A stretch of 64,000 nt of DNA from Bdellovibrionales bacterium. Its GTDB lineage: Bacteria > Bdellovibrionota > Bdellovibrionia > Bdellovibrionales > UBA1609. Positions 63,354 through 64,000 of the stretch are shown piece by piece. Under the pieces are notes generated by a model. It was not told where the DNA came from and searched no databases. It saw only the letters and a list, made by a program, of their open reading frames with translations. Every line of letters begins with the position of its first letter. The first letter of the stretch is position 1. Position numbers and translations under genes: made by a program. Location of the stretch: the NCBI GenBank assembly GCA_965219095.1, contig OZ244719.1, positions 384,001 to 448,000 on the forward strand, read 5' to 3'.

Positions 63354-64000
63354 TAAGACTGTAATAAAAGTTGTTATTTCAAAAAGAGCTAATCAATCCT
63401 TTATATCTATACTTGAATCTCTTAGTTCAAACAAATGATCCTCTGTTATAAGACAAAGGGCTTTTTCAAAAATATCTTTGGCTTTGATTTTTCTACCATA
63501 AGGGATTTTATGAGGTTATGATGAAAGAAAAGGTTGCACTAGTGAATTGCAGTTGGGATAAAAAAAAGGTCTTTCTAGGAACCCTCAAATGGAATTCTTG
63601 TTTTTTCATTTTGCACCTTTTCTTCTCGTCTTTTTGAGACAAATTTTCTTTTGTCATCAAACTTCCTTTGATGTTTCATCTGCTTTCTTAGAATGAAAGA
63701 AACTATAGACTTTGTTTTTTATAAGTAATGAAAAGCAGAAAATACTCCCCAATAAGAAAATCTTAAGATAGAGTGAAAAATAAGCTTTTAAGGGGTCAGA
63801 CACTTTCTTAACATTTTTTCTGAATAAAAAAAATGAAATGATCTTAAGTGATTTTAAGCTTTGGCATCTCTTTTGTTTTGTCCAATTCTAGACACACTTT
63901 TTCCTTTATTGTGGACAGAGCTCACATCTTTTAAAAAAGCTCCATTTAACTTCTCAAATTGGAGCCCCCCTCTTTACGATCGGTCAAAGTGATATGAGAG

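Larger units (their letters stand above)
39989..64000. mobile_element. integrative element 2 (defence island); right end not in window
   Basis: Same order as element 1 (att, pilin 3' part, terminator, int, xis, hairpin, T4CP); homology to element 1 persists to about 63630. Confidence 0.75.

Noticed and set aside
28038..64000. Prophage or integron
   Set aside because: No capsid, terminase or tail genes, and no attC cassette array seen

Overview
AT-rich bacterial chromosome segment, probably Bdellovibrionota-like (inferred from pilin style and a DUF4423-like gene; not certain). 1-27 kb holds housekeeping genes (tRNA-Val, lipB, dnaE, guaA, prfA, rho, fsa/tal, transporters) mixed with many IS elements and remnants (IS66, IS630, ISL3, IS481, IS110). 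From 27.3 kb onward, two related tyrosine-integrase elements lie in tandem inside a type IV pilin gene. A perfect 108-bp direct repeat (27347-27454 = 39989-40096) encodes the conserved pilin alpha-helix. Each repeat copy is followed by a different pilin globular domain, its own terminator and a convergent integrase + excisionase. Integration or excision would therefore swap the surface-exposed part of the pilin in frame. Both elements have a VirD4/TraD-like coupling protein (truncated in element 1) and a large nested hairpin but no recognisable relaxase. Element 2 carries a Druantia type I-like anti-phage operon and decayed defence genes, and runs past the window end.
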